Assembly: GCF_006345805.1 (NCBI RefSeq)
Contig: NC_043001.1
Span: forward strand, 135,098,001-135,162,000
Source of the DNA: Octopus sinensis
Taxonomy: Eukaryota
Length of the DNA: 64,000 nucleotides
Direction: 5' to 3'
Shown: piece after piece, positions 36,969-49,866 of the stretch
How the letters are laid out: each line of letters opens with the position of its first letter
Position numbering within the stretch: position 1 is the stretch's first letter
Made by a program: the position numbers and the translations under genes
The notes under the pieces: model-generated
Seen by the model: the letters and a program-made list of their open reading frames with translations, nothing else
What the model was told of the DNA's origin: nothing
Databases searched by the model: none

Positions 36969-37230
36969 AGTTAAATTAGTGCACATATGAGGAATAAAAC
37001 CTCACCTATCCCTTAGTAAAATTAGTGCACATATGAGGTATAAAACCTCATCTATCCCTTAGTAAAACTGGTGTACATATAAGGAATAAAAGTCACTTGT
37101 ATCCTAGTAAAATTAGTATATGTATAGGGAATATAACTCATCTGTCCCCAAGTAAATATGGTGCATATATAGGAAATAAAACTCATCTCTCCCTAGTAAA
37201 ATTGGTGTACGTAAACAGGAATAAAAACCA
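36969..37230. repeat. Minisatellite, about 45-46 bp unit, about 6 copies
   Basis: Unit AGTAAAATTAGTGCACATATGAGGAATAAAACCTCACCTATCCCTT, diverging left to right. Confidence 0.85.
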
Positions 37231-38013
37231 TCTTGTTCATAGTCACATAAATTTTCTTGAATTTCCCATCTTCCATTTTAAACATGCACTATTTCTTCTA
37301 CAATTGAAATATCTGTCAAGTTATGGCAATTTAATAAATGGCAGTATAAATCTTTATTGTTTTATGTGAAAAATATTTCCCTCTTTTGTGGCATTCCACA
37401 TTAGTTTCCTTTCATGTTTTGAAAATAATTAAATTTTTCTACAAGAAATACAGCTGTTTTCTTTTAACAATTATAATACAGTGTATGAGATTATTCTGAG
37501 GAAACTAGCAGACAAAAAGTGCAGGAAGTCTATTTAAGATTTAATAAGTGCAATGCTCTTCTGTTTAGGTCAAGACAGCTCTTGGAGTTTGCAGTTATCT
37601 GAATTAGTTAATGCATGCACATATATATGTGTGTTCTGTGCAGATGTATAATGTGTATGTGTTTGCATGTGAATAAACCTGCATTCATGAGTGTGTGTGT
37701 CACAATAGAACATGAGTGTGTATGTTTCATTAGTTTGTATGTGTGTGAATATATATTCTATATGTATAAGTAATTGTGTGCTTGTTTACTCAGGAACCTC
37801 AAATTGAGAATCCCTGAAATGCTATGCAAATTTCATGTTTTCCTAAATAATTGCATCTGGAGAATGCAAATCAGCCTAGTCTGCCCTTTTTTGGAGAGCC
37901 TGAGCATTTTTTAAGGTTTCTATGCAGATCTGTTGCATTTATGATGATAGGAACAAATGAAAATCTGTAACCTGAGTACAAGAGCTGTAAGTTTCTCATC
38001 AGTTTTCCATAGA

Positions 38014-38176
38014 GGCACAGGAGTAGCTGTGTGGTAAGTAGCTTGTTTATCAACCACATGGTTCCGGGTTCAGTCCCACTGCGTGGCACCTTGGGCAAGT
38101 GTCTTCTACTATATCCTCGGGCTGACCAAACCCTTGTGAGTGGATTTGGTAGACGGAAACTGAAAGAAGCCCGTCG

Positions 38177-38230
<54 letters not shown>

Positions 38231-38450
38231 CGTGTGTGTGTTTGTGTGTCTGTGTTTGTCCCCCTAGCAATGCTTGACAACCGATGCTGGTGTGTTTATG
38301 TCCCCGTTACTTAGCGGTTCAGCAAAAGAGACTGATAGAATAAGTACTGGGCTTACAAAAGAATAAGTCCCGGGGTCGAGTTGTTCGATTAAAAGCTGTG
38401 CTCCAGCATGGCCACAGTCAAATGACTGAAACAAGTAAAAGAGTAAAGAG
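38014..38450 (+). mobile_element. SINE family B, full length
   Basis: Complete modules, several CpG transitions. Confidence 0.92.
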
Positions 38451-38451
38451 A

Positions 38452-38945
38452 TGTTCCCCAACGTTTGAACAGACATTCTCATCCACTGGGCAGCTGATCT
38501 CTACAGTGGTGCATGACTTTTCCTCTCTGCCCCATACAGCTTTATCTGGTCCTTTGTATTTACACCAGGTTACTGTTTTTACTGGAATGTTCCAATAGTA
38601 TTCTTTATTTTTAAAAATGTGGATGCTTTCTGTTCTGGTGTACTTTTAGTATGGCAATCGGGACAATCCTTCTTGCAATACAGCACTGTAGACCATCTTT
38701 GCAACAATGTCATGTTTCTGAGAGAGGTCGTATTTTGAGGACATTTTTGGACAGCTACTGATATGAATGACACCTTGCATCCTGCTATGGCATAATCAAC
38801 ATTTCCTATCACAGTGTCGAGGGTTTAGAGATATCCTTATCCCTTTTGTTGATCAGGTATTTAGTTGCTATTTCCTGTTCCATTATAGCAAATGAACAGC
38901 CTTCTAGGTGAGATGTAATGTATTTATAATCACAGGTCTTAGAGG
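38452..38945 (-). mobile_element. R4/Dong-like (REL endonuclease) LINE C-terminal fossil
   Basis: Minus fragments ISSCPKMSSKY...KHDIVAKMVY and EYYWNIPVKT...GPDKAVWGREEKSCTTVEISCPVD fit the zinc knuckle, RHD and PD-(D/E)xK region. Confidence 0.65.
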
Positions 38946-39467
38946 GGCTGGTATTTCTTATTTCTTTATTGCCCACAAGGGGATAAACATAGAGGGGACA
39001 AATAAGGACAGACAAAGGGATTAAGTCGATTACATTAAACCAGTGCATAACTGGTACTTAATTTGACCATCCCATCTTTTTCTCACAAATGTACCAAAAG
39101 AATACATTTTCCAATGTCTCCTTCCTTTTATTTTTATATTTTTAATGGCTGTGAGATTTGGTTGCTATTTCTAGCATGTTCCCTTACTGGCTTGTATTGC
39201 TAAATATTGAAATCAGCAGTAAATTATATATGTATAATTTAATACTTAAATCTTCTCATTAGTCTGTCTTAATGGTAATGAGTTGATCAACATATATAGT
39301 GATAATTACTGTCCTGTAGGACTTCTAATATAATAAATGCAAAAACTAATTTCTGTGTGTCAGTGTATCACACTTTGACCTGCTCTCTCACTATTCACTG
39401 ACTTGTACTATTGGTCATGTTGGGGTGGGAGTAATTATAGGAATAAAGATGGTGAGGGCAGTGGTGA

Positions 39468-39472
<5 letters not shown>

Positions 39473-39538
<66 letters not shown>

Positions 39539-39545
39539 AAGAGAG
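39473..39545. repeat. (GA)n microsatellite
   Basis: About 30 GA units. Confidence 0.95.
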
Positions 39546-40859
39546 ACAAAGAAATTTAGGGAGAATTGATGATGTTTTATTAAAAGTAATAGTGTTGATG
39601 GTGGCTGTGGGGGTAATAATAAGAGAGAGAGAGAAAGAGTGGGTATGTGAGAGAAAGAGGGTCTGAACACTGAACCAACATACTGAACTAACATATTGAA
39701 TGAACAAACACACATTTAGCCTTTTTGTGATGGTAATGAGGTCATAGTAATAGTATGAGCTGTGGTTGCGATAGAAGAGGAGGTGGTGGTGATGATGGTG
39801 GTGGTAGCCAAGGTGGTCAGTAATGACAGTAAGAGTAAGCGATGTGAAAGACAATGGTGATGGTGGTGGAAGGGAAGGTAGCGGAGTCAAAGGTATTGAT
39901 GGTGGGGGCATCAGAAGTCTGAAGGATGTGCGTACGGCAGATGTGGTGGCGATGGTGGTGGTGCTGTTGTTTATCATGTAGTTTTGCAATAAGTTCCAAG
40001 TCGACAAATTATATAATTGTTTTGATGAAAATTGTTCATTGCTTGACAAATATTGTTCAAGTATAATAAAATTTAATATGTACTCAATGCATGAAGTGTC
40101 ATTGTTGCGCTCAAGGGCTAATAAAGAGCCCTATACAGGAGCTTGCTTAAAAGCTGCCCTATCAGGTGGCTTTTAAGTTAGTTATAAATAACCCTTTCTG
40201 ATTAACATGGCATCTGTTTTATCCTTGTATTAAAAGCATTCAATATTTCTCTATGTCTGTCTCTGTCTATATCAGTCTCTCTGGCTGTCTATGTCAGTCT
40301 GTCTGTCTGTGTTTTTCTTTCTGTGTGTGTGTGTGTGTCTGTCTGTCTGTCTCTTTCTCACTATGAGAGTGTGTCTTTCTCTGTGTCTCTATCTGTTTGT
40401 ATCTGTCTCTCTTTCTCTCTCTCTGTCTGTGTCTCTCTCCCCTCTCCCTAGTGTAATGAATTTACTATGCTGACGTACCCCAATATTTAAATGGTAACCA
40501 CCCTCATGTAGATAAACCTTGTTCAGTTTCAAACCACAACTATTGAATCTTAAATTAATCTTAAATAAATAATAATAATAATAATAATTTTAATTTCTGA
40601 AATTGTTTCAAAGTTTCAACTAGAAACTTGAATCTTGTCTATAATTAATTTTATTAACCTTTTTACTAGTAATTAATTGATAATTGCTTCATTTGCCTTG
40701 GGAGAATAAAAAGATAAAGTTGATTTTACTGAGATTTTTAATAGGAAAAATAGAACACTTCACTCTTTTAGAAGTCTTGATTCTGTTTTCATGATGATGA
40801 TGATGGTGGTGGAAAGGAGAGGAGGAGGAGTAAGAGGAGGAAAGAAGAAGAAGAAGAAG

Positions 40860-42179
40860 ACTTGCATAGAAACAAGGCTACTAATTTGGAGAGTAGGGTT
40901 AATTGATTAAATCAACCCTAGTACTTCATTGGTGTTTTGTTTTATTGACTCCTAACAGGAGGAAAGATAAAGCTGACTTTGGTAGTATTTGAACTCAGAA
41001 TGTAAAGAGCCAGAACAAATATCCCAAGACATTTCTTTTGATGCTCTAACAAATTTGCCAATCTACCATGCTAATAATGATGATGATGATGATGATTTCA
41101 AATTTTGGCACAAGGCTAGCAATTTCAGGGGGTGGGGGTTGTTAAGTTGATTACATCGACCCAAGTGCTTGACTGGTACTTAATTTATCAACCCCAAAAG
41201 GAAGAAAGGAAAAATCAGCCCCAGTGGAATTTGAACTCAGTATGCATTGACATACAAAATACTGCTGAGCATTTTGCCCATTGTTCTAATGATTCTGCCT
41301 GCTTGCCACCTTAATAATAATAATAATAATAATAATAATGTATTGCCAGGAGATCAGCATATCATCATGAAAGGAAGAGAAAAGGTTGATAAATATGAAA
41401 ACCTGAGAACTGAGATCGCTAAGATGAAGCAGCTACAAGAGTCAAACATAAAGGTTATCCCTATTGTCATTGGAGCATTGGGTCCAATACTACCCAATTT
41501 GAAAAAAACATCTGAAAACTTTAGAAATACCCTACAATCCAGGTGTATTGCAAAAGTTGGCACTACTTGGAACTGCATGCATATTGCTTAACATACTGTC
41601 TGTCTGAGGTCCTTGTTGTGACTTGACAAACAGTACAAATCCCCGGTAGACAATATCTTTGATCAACAACCTCACAATATTGTATACTGTGTGACATAAT
41701 AATCATAATAATAATAATAATTCTTTCTACTATGGGCACAAAGCCTGGATTTTGAGTGTGTGCGGGGATAAGTTGATCACATCAACTCCAGTACATGACT
41801 GGTACTTAATTTATCGACCCCTAAAGGATGAAAGGCAAAGTCGACCTCGGTGGAATTTGATCTCACAACATAAAGATGGGTGAAATACCGCTAAACATTT
41901 TGCCTGGCATGCTAATGATTCTGCCAGTTCGCCTTAATAATAATAATAATAACAATGATAATAATAATCCTTTCTACTAAAGGCACAAGGCCTGAAATTT
42001 GTGGGGATGAGGTAAGTCAATCACATCGACCCCAGTACTTGACTGGTACTTAATTTATTGATGCCGAAAGGATGAAAGGCAAAGTTGACCTCAGCGGAAT
42101 TTGAACTGAGAATATAGTGATAGCGAAATACTGCTAAGCATTTTGTCCAGTGTGCTAACGATTCTGCCAGCTTGCTACC
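40860..42179 (-). mobile_element. Four SINE family C copies (40860-41067, 41097-41310, 41721-41933, 41969-42179) separated by (ATG)n/(AAT)n tracts
   Basis: Each has the GGATGAAAGGCAAAGT.GAC...ATTTGAACT core and CTGCCAG head end, all on the minus strand. Confidence 0.85.
41341..41640 (+). mobile_element. R4/Dong-like LINE 3' end
   Basis: PGDQHIIMKGREKVDKYENLRTEIAKM...KVIPIVIGALG, typical of the R4/Dong C-terminus. Preceded by (AAT)n. Confidence 0.8.
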
Positions 42180-42219
42180 TTGTTATAATAGTAATAATTA
42201 TAATAATAATAATAATAAT

Positions 42220-43298
42220 GGAGTGGAAAACCAAATTATACTCAAGTAATATATTCGTTGTAGAAGTTAATATTAAAAGGGGAATCTTCCAAGGTGAGTT
42301 GTTTTCTCTGTTACTTTTGTAATTGCACTAATGCCCATAGCAATGACACTTAGGAAAGTTAAGATGGGTTACCGCTGTGGAAAGAAAGGCCCATCATTGA
42401 ACCATCTTCTGTTTATGAATGACCTGAAATTGTTTGGGAGATCTGAAAAACAGATAGATTCCTGAACCAAAACAGTCCAGAAGTGTGGTAAGGACATCGG
42501 TATGGAATTTGGGATTACCAAAATGATGGCTGTGGATGACTAAAAGTGATTTAAAACTGGAAACGGAGGTTCTAATCTGTGCTGCCCAAGAGCAAGCACT
42601 AGGAACAAGCTACATAAAATACAGAATAGCCAACACAGCAGAAAGTGATAAGTGCAGAATCTGTGGACAAAACGGTGAAACTGTATGGCATATTACCAGC
42701 CAATGTATGCCACTGGGCCAGAAGGAATATAAGAGACACCTGACAGTATAGCCAGGCTTGTCCATTGCATACTCTGCAACAAGTATGGACTTGACAGAGC
42801 CAAAAATTGGTATGACCACAAACCTGAAAGCATTGTCGAAAATAGAAATGCAAAGATCCTATGGGATTTTATGATACAGTGTGACCATGAGATAGAAGAT
42901 AGGAAGCTGGACATAGTCTTAATTGAGAAAGAAAACAAACTATGCTGGATCATAGATATAGCATACCCAGCTGGCAACAAGGTATGTGATAAGGAAGAAA
43001 GAAAAGTTGAGAGATATGACAGGTTAGCTTGGGAAGTTAAGCAGTTGTGGTCGATGAAAAAGGTAGCAGTAGTACCAATAATTGTCAGAGCCCTGAGAAC
43101 AGTGAGCAAAAATCTTGAGAAGTACATGGAACAAATAAGGGCTGCAATAAGGGTGGAGCACTTGCAGAAAACAGCGCTGCTTGGAACCACTCAAATACTA
43201 CAGATGGTGCTTAAAAAATATGAGGTGTTACCTTAGATCACTGGTAGTTAACAGCTGACACTGTAGTACATCTCCTGCATTAGAAGCTGTGCAAAGGC
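42220..43298 (+). mobile_element. R4/Dong-like LINE, 5'-truncated and internally deleted
   Basis: RT motifs KRGIFQG..FSLLLF and HLLFMNDLKLF, then AAQEQAL, CRICGQNGETVWHITSQC, ILWDF...KLDIVLI...IIDIA, VPIIVRAL, TALLGT. (AAT)n on both sides. Confidence 0.9.
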
Positions 43299-43311
43299 AA
43301 TAATAATAATA

Positions 43312-43357
<46 letters not shown>

Positions 43358-43384
43358 TAGCAACGACAACAATAATAATCCATC

Positions 43385-43700
43385 ATACACATAATAAATT
43401 CCAGCTGGAAAGATTATAGGTGTAGACATGACTGTGTGGCCAAGGCACTACACTGGGACATATTACAGCAAAGAGTATTTAAAGGTGGAAGAAAATGGTA
43501 TGAACATCAACCAGAAAGTATAATAGAGAATGACCAATATGTAATTTTAAGGGATTTTAATGTACAGACAGACTGATTAAAAAATTCATGCCAGGTTACC
43601 AGATATTATGGTTCCTGCCAAGGGGAAAAAAGAGTGTACCATTATAGATGTGGCAGTCAAAGAACAGGAGAAAATAGGAAAATACCAAGTTTTGATATTT
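43385..43700 (+). mobile_element. R4/Dong-like LINE fragment
   Basis: RHDCVAKALHW...WYEHQPESIIEN...PDIM...CTIIDVAV. Confidence 0.8.
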
Positions 43701-44184
43701 CAAATTTTACCTCAATATGATTTGAACTCAGTTTATGGAAATATGAAGTTGAGTTTCGAGAAGCATCTAGTGTGGTGCATTACTGCTTCAGGCATTCCGC
43801 AAATAATGATTAACTCTATGGAAACCTTTCAAGATAATTATACTGCAAGACTTCAAGGAAATGTGTTTTAGTGAAGAAGCACATGAAATGGAATAACTAT
43901 TGGAAAGTAAGTATCTCATTTATTGGCATCAGCTCAAGAAATGGTCACAATAATGGTTATTTTGAAGGAGTAAAATCAGAAACATTGGAATGATATATGC
44001 TTTTTTGAACTGTGTGAGCAGATCAAAAACAGTTTCTCTCAAATATTAGGAATATCATGGCTCATGATGGCAGTGTTTTGGCTTATGTATGCATAAGAAA
44101 TATTAACACAGTAATTACATGTATCTATTATCTATATAATATTATACATCCATCATATGATATATGTGTGTATGTGTGTGTATA

Positions 44185-44445
44185 CATCATCATCATCATT
44201 TAGCATCCGTTTTCCATGCTAGCATGGGTTGGATGGTTCAACTGGGGTCTGTGAAGCCAGAAGGCTGCAACAGGCCCAATCTGATCTGGCAGTGTTTCTA
44301 CGGCTGGATGCCCTTTCTAACACCATGCCCTTCCTAACACCAACCACTCCGCGAGTGTAGTGGGTGCTTTTTACGTGCCACCCGCACAGGAGCCAGACGG
44401 AGCTGGCAAACGGCCACGAACGGATGGTGCTTTTACGTGCCACCA
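44185..44445 (-). mobile_element. Family D (ATG)n-tailed RTE-related repeat
   Basis: (CAT)n-TTTAGCATCCGTTTTCCATGCTAGCATGGG...CTTTTACGTGCCACC. Confidence 0.85.
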
Positions 44446-44492
44446 TATATGTAATATATATATCTATAAGATATATAATATATATCATATGA

Positions 44493-44534
<42 letters not shown>

Positions 44535-45229
44535 TATGTATATCATATGACATATATATAATATCATACATATATATATATATATATATATATCTCATAT
44601 GATACATATATCATATTACCATATGATAATATGATATATATATATATATATATATATATCATTGTATGCATATATATTTGCTTCTCAACTACATGACTCT
44701 GGGTTCAGTCACATTGTGCACCATCTTGGGCAAGTGTCTTTTATTATCATCCTGGGCTGACCAAAGTCGTGTGAGTGGATTTGGTTGACAGAAGCTGAAA
44801 GAAACCTGTTGAACAGTCTACAATTTTATAATCTTGCACTGAACACCTTAAACCACTGGGTACGATGCCTTTACAGCAATGTAAAGGCATAGTTCTAGGA
44901 GCTGTCACCAACAAGGGCGATATCATACCTCCTCACACTTTTTCTCAGTGCTTAAGAGTCAATGCTGCTGTCTACACAGAGGTCCTGGAGAAAGTTGTGA
45001 GGCCTTGTATAAATATATATATATATATCTATCTCTCTGTCTATCTATATATCACAGTATTGAACACACTATTGAGTGTTGTTACATACCACTGGTCACA
45101 ATGTGCTTCACATTGCTTTAGCTTTCAAATGATGCCACCCCACTGGTTTGGTAGGCAGGTCAACATTCTCTCTTAATAGAACACCACTCCACTGCAGGGT
45201 TACCCATTGCAGCTGAGTATGTGTATGAG

Positions 45230-45276
<47 letters not shown>

Positions 45277-45299
45277 GAGAAGACCTGGCAAGACCAGTG

Positions 45300-45778
45300 A
45301 GAACAGTCAAAATCAAACCAAATCAACATCAGTGGAAATTGAAGCTGTGGTTAAGCGAACCATCCGATCGTTTGTCCGTTGCCAGCCACGCCTGGCCCCT
45401 GTGCCGTTGGCATGTAAAAGCACCATCCGCTCGTGTCCGTTGCCAGCCTCGCCTGGACCCCGTGCTGATAGCACGTAAAAGCACCATCCGTTCGTGTCCG
45501 TTGCCAGCCTCGCCTGGCCCCCGTGCCAGTGGCACGTAAAAACACCATCCATTCGTGGCCGTTTGCCAGCTCTGTCTGGCACCTGTGCAGGTGGCACGTA
45601 AAAAGCGCCCACTACACTTACGGAGTGGTTGGCGTTAGGAAGGGCATCCAGCCGTAGAAATACTGCCAAATCTGGCTGGGCCTGATGAAGCCTTCCGGCT
45701 TCACAGACCCCAGTTGAACCGTCCAACCCATGCTAGCATGGAAAACGGACGCTAAATGATGATGATGATGATGATGAT
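45300..45778 (+). mobile_element. Family D repeat with 61-bp tandem monomers
   Basis: ACCATCCG...CACGTAAAAGC monomer about 3.5 times (45359-45570), then the unique part and an (ATG)n tail. Confidence 0.88.
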
Positions 45779-47352
45779 ATATATATATATATATATATAC
45801 CTTTTATCATTTATTTTTTACTTCTTTGAGTGATTTGATTGTGGCTATACTGGGGCACTACCTTAGAGAATTTTTTAGTTGAACGAATTAATCCCAGGGC
45901 TTATTTTTAAAACCTGATTCTTAATCTATTCTCTTTTTGCTGAACTGCCAAGTTCGGAGATGTAAACACACCAGCACTGACTATCAAGCAGTAGTAGTGG
46001 AGAAACACAGACGCAAACACACACAGTTTCTGCCTGCCAAATCCACTTACAAGGCTTTGATCAGCCTAAGGCTATAGTAGAAGACACTCCAAGTGCCACA
46101 CACTGGGACTGAACCTGGAACTATGCCTATATAGTATTGATATCTATGTGTGTGTGTGTGTGTATTCAAAGGACTGAAATACCTGCTGTCCTGCTGTAAT
46201 CAAGAAGACCCATCCTCTACAACAGAAGTGTTAAGGCTGCTTCCCTTGGTGAACAGGATTGGTCTGCAAGATCCAGTGCTGGTTGACATTAAAAGCATCC
46301 AGCACACACTGTAAAGTAATTGGTGTTAGGAGGAGCATCCATCCATAGAAACCAAGCCAAATTAAACTGGAACCTGGTGTAGCTCTCTAGCATGCCAGCT
46401 CTAGTCAATTTGTCCAACCCATGCCAGAATGATACCACACTAATTATGTATTAAAATAGTAAGCTTTTCTGTATTAACACGACAATGACTGATTTATAAC
46501 CACAGAAATATTGCTATATCACTTAGGTAAATATTTGAATTATATTACAGCAGAAAACTTGGAATACATATTGGTGTATGATCTCTTATATATGACAAAA
46601 TTCAATTTAAAATTTTACCCTGTAAATATCGCTACCTTATTTCTACTGTAAGTATATGATATTACTATATTAAGTAGTGATGTATTGCCAAGGAAATAGT
46701 TTATATAATACCACTCTATACTTACATATATGCAGAGAGACAGGTTGGCAGGCAAGCCAAGGGGATCAAATAAATTTTGGTAAATTAACTTAGAAGTATC
46801 TCCATGTACCTTTGGCTAAACAGATTACTCTGGAAAATGTATTCCAGCTAATTCAGTTGGTCAGTTCAGTGAGAATGACATCTAATATGTTACAGACTCG
46901 TATTTGGAACAAACCATGCTATCAAAATGCTTGTAGTGATGTTTTGTATACTATTAGAATATATATTTACACACATACACACATGCACACACACACACAC
47001 GCATGCGCACGCACATGTGTATGTGTGGCCTGCCCTTTAACCAAGAGAATGGCATCATTCAAAAGCTAAAACAATGTGAAGTGCACTGTAACCAGTGGTG
47101 TATAGCAGAATGTGATAGTCTGGTTGATACCATGATATATATATATATAAGTAGTTGAATGAATTATCATAGTATGGATAATTCGGTTAACCGATACCCG
47201 GGTAGCAAATTCACGTCAAAAAAACACGGTTGAAGCTACATGCCAAGGGCAGAGATCACGTGCTTTCGTGTGGAAATTTGTGTGTTTTTTTTTAATACAA
47301 ATAAATGAAAGAATGGAGTTGAATGATGATTTAACAAAATTCCTTTATTCTC

Positions 47353-47423
47353 GACATATGTTTCGAAGACTGCATATTCCTAATTTCGAAGGAATAAGGG
47401 GTGCATTATGCCGCCTTCTCATC
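47353..47423 (-). ncRNA. Hammerhead-like motif with long stem II, 5' core truncated by (TA)n
   Basis: Minus: (aa)GATGA-GAAGGCGGCATA...TATGCAGTCTTC-GAAA-CATATG-TC. C3/U4 and the 5' strand of stem I are absent. Confidence 0.55.
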
Positions 47424-47432
47424 TTATATATA

Positions 47433-47478
<46 letters not shown>

Positions 47479-47839
47479 CATGTTGATATATTTCCACAGT
47501 AGAGGGACGGTTCATAATCCCTACACAAAATATGTGTATGAATTACCACATGAACATGTATATTACTTGCATAAGATTTTATATAATATTACCACAGAAA
47601 ATATTGGTATATATTATAACAGAATCTTGCAAACCAAATCCCAAAACGAATTATAACAGTAATTATCAATATAATAACTACTACAGTAAGTATTTCTATA
47701 TTACCAAAGTAAATATTTATATTACCATATTAAGTATTGCTCTATTACCACAGTAAATTACCACTATGAATATTTATATATTACACTGTAATTATTTATA
47801 TATATTTACAATAAGTGTTAATGTGTAGAATGTATAGTA

Positions 47840-48232
47840 TACAATGTGGGGAATATACCACCATCTTTGCCCAAACAACCTTAACATTAGTTTCAGAATT
47901 CATCCGAGGCTGGGACCACATATCATGCACCTCCTACATAATTCAGGCTCACAACACATAAGTTCACTGCAACACAATTTCTTTTCCTCGACAGGCCCTG
48001 CTCTATTTAACATTATCCTAAAACAAATCAAAGGAAAAGATTCCATCACCTTCAAATGAATCCTGGACAAATTTCTTCAAGGGATACCAGATAAGTCCCC
48101 TATATCTGGATACATTTCAGTCAACTACAACTCCGTACTTGACTTAAAATGACTTAAGAGATTCTATCAGGTGGTGCTATAAAGTTAGACATGACCTGGA
48201 TCAATTTTTTGCTGAAACATATCTAAGTTAGA
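47840..48232 (+). mobile_element. CR1/L2-group LINE 3' end fossil
   Basis: HHLCPNNLNISFRIHPRLGP...TGPALFNII...FK*ILDKFLQGIPDK.PISGY...NSVLD, a pattern seen at CR1/L2-type C-termini. Confidence 0.6.
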
Positions 48233-48452
48233 CCGTTAGCTCCTACACGCGTTTTTTTCTCTCCTTGTTTCTCTCCTTGTTTCTTTTCTGTGTATCTTTC
48301 TGTCGAAGAGCATAGATAAGCAGAGTTTAGTGTCCAATGAAGGAAAGGTAAGCATAAGTGGGCTGGTTACACTCCTGGCATAGGCCACAAGGTTATGGTC
48401 TCACTTGGTTTGCCGAGTCTTCTCAAGCACAGCATATTTCCAAAGATCTCAG

Positions 48453-48489
<37 letters not shown>

Positions 48490-49469
48490 ATGTGTGTGTC
48501 TTTGTGTTTGTGTTCTGTCCATGTAACTTAGTGGTTCAGCAAAAGGGATTGTTAGAATAAGTACCAAGACTAAAAAATAAGTACTGGAGTCAACTTGTTT
48601 GACTAAAATTCTTCAAGGTGGTGCCCCGTGTAGAGTAGAAGAAACTTGCTCAAGGCACTGGATTCAGTACCACATAATGGTACTGAACCCAAAACCTTGT
48701 GGTTGGGAGAGCAAACTTCCTGTCATATTTTTTGCCACATTATTTTATTCCATAATTAGATTTTAATATCTTTAATTCAGAACTCTAATTGAAATTCTTC
48801 AAGGTACTCTGTAGTACTTTTAGCTATTTAATTAATACTTTATCTAATTAATACTTAATTACAAAATCTCCATAAAAAGAATTTATATTTAAAACTTTGA
48901 ACATACAATGTAATTAATAAGATCAAAACTGATTTTTAATTCTTCATATTGAAAAGACAAAAAGAAATGTAAGTAAAGGCTAGTATAATCAGTGGGGTGG
49001 GGGTAGTGAAGGCAATTGATTGATACAAAATCAATAATGTCTTACAGGCAAGAAAGAACCAAAATTTTTATTAAGAGCTGGGTCTTTCACAAAGAGAACT
49101 TCCATTCTTTCAAAGCTACAAAGGTTGCATAAAACTTTCTCTTCCTACTATAAAAAGAAAAAAACAAAAACCTAGACTGAGAAGGCGCATATCAAAGGCT
49201 TTCTGTTTATAACTATTCTATATATTTTTTATCAGGCAATAACCTGTCTAATGCAGTGGTTCTCAACGGGAGGTTCTTATAAGATTTTGTTATTAAAATT
49301 TATGTACAATAAATTGGTTATAATTCTACAATTCACAAAATATTATAACAAACTTTTAGGCAAATTCTGAACAATATTTAATTATAAAAATATAATATGA
49401 TGTTTTTTTTTAGCCCTTTGACATTCAAATGTTTTGCTTATTTATTCACATTGTTTTGAATTAACCATA

Positions 49470-49866
49470 GGCGCAGGAGTGGCTGTGTGGTAAGTAGCTT
49501 GCTTACCAACTGCATGGTTCCGGGTTCAGTCCCACTGCGTGGCACCATGGGCAAGTGTCTTCTACTATAGCCTCGGGCTGACCAAAGCCTTGTGAGTGGA
49601 TTTGGTAGACGGAAACTGATAGAAGCCCATCGTATATATGTATATATATATGTGTGTATGTTTGTGTGTCTGTGTTTGTCTCCCCCAACATTGCTTGACA
49701 ACCGATGCTGGTGTGTTTACGTCCCCGTAAACTAGTGGTTCGGCAAAAAGAGACTGATAGAATAAGTACTAGGCTTACAAAGAATAAGTCCTGGGGGCGA
49801 TTTGCTCAACTAAAGGCAGTGCTCCAGCATGGCCACAGTCAAATGACTGAAACAAGTAAAAGAGTA
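49470..49866 (+). mobile_element. SINE family B, full length
   Basis: Complete modules. Diverged copies also at about 45822-46125 and 51050-51290 (minus). Confidence 0.92.

Noticed and set aside
36969-37230. CRISPR-like array
   Set aside because: Units are contiguous with no unique spacers, the context is eukaryotic and no cas genes are present. It is a minisatellite.
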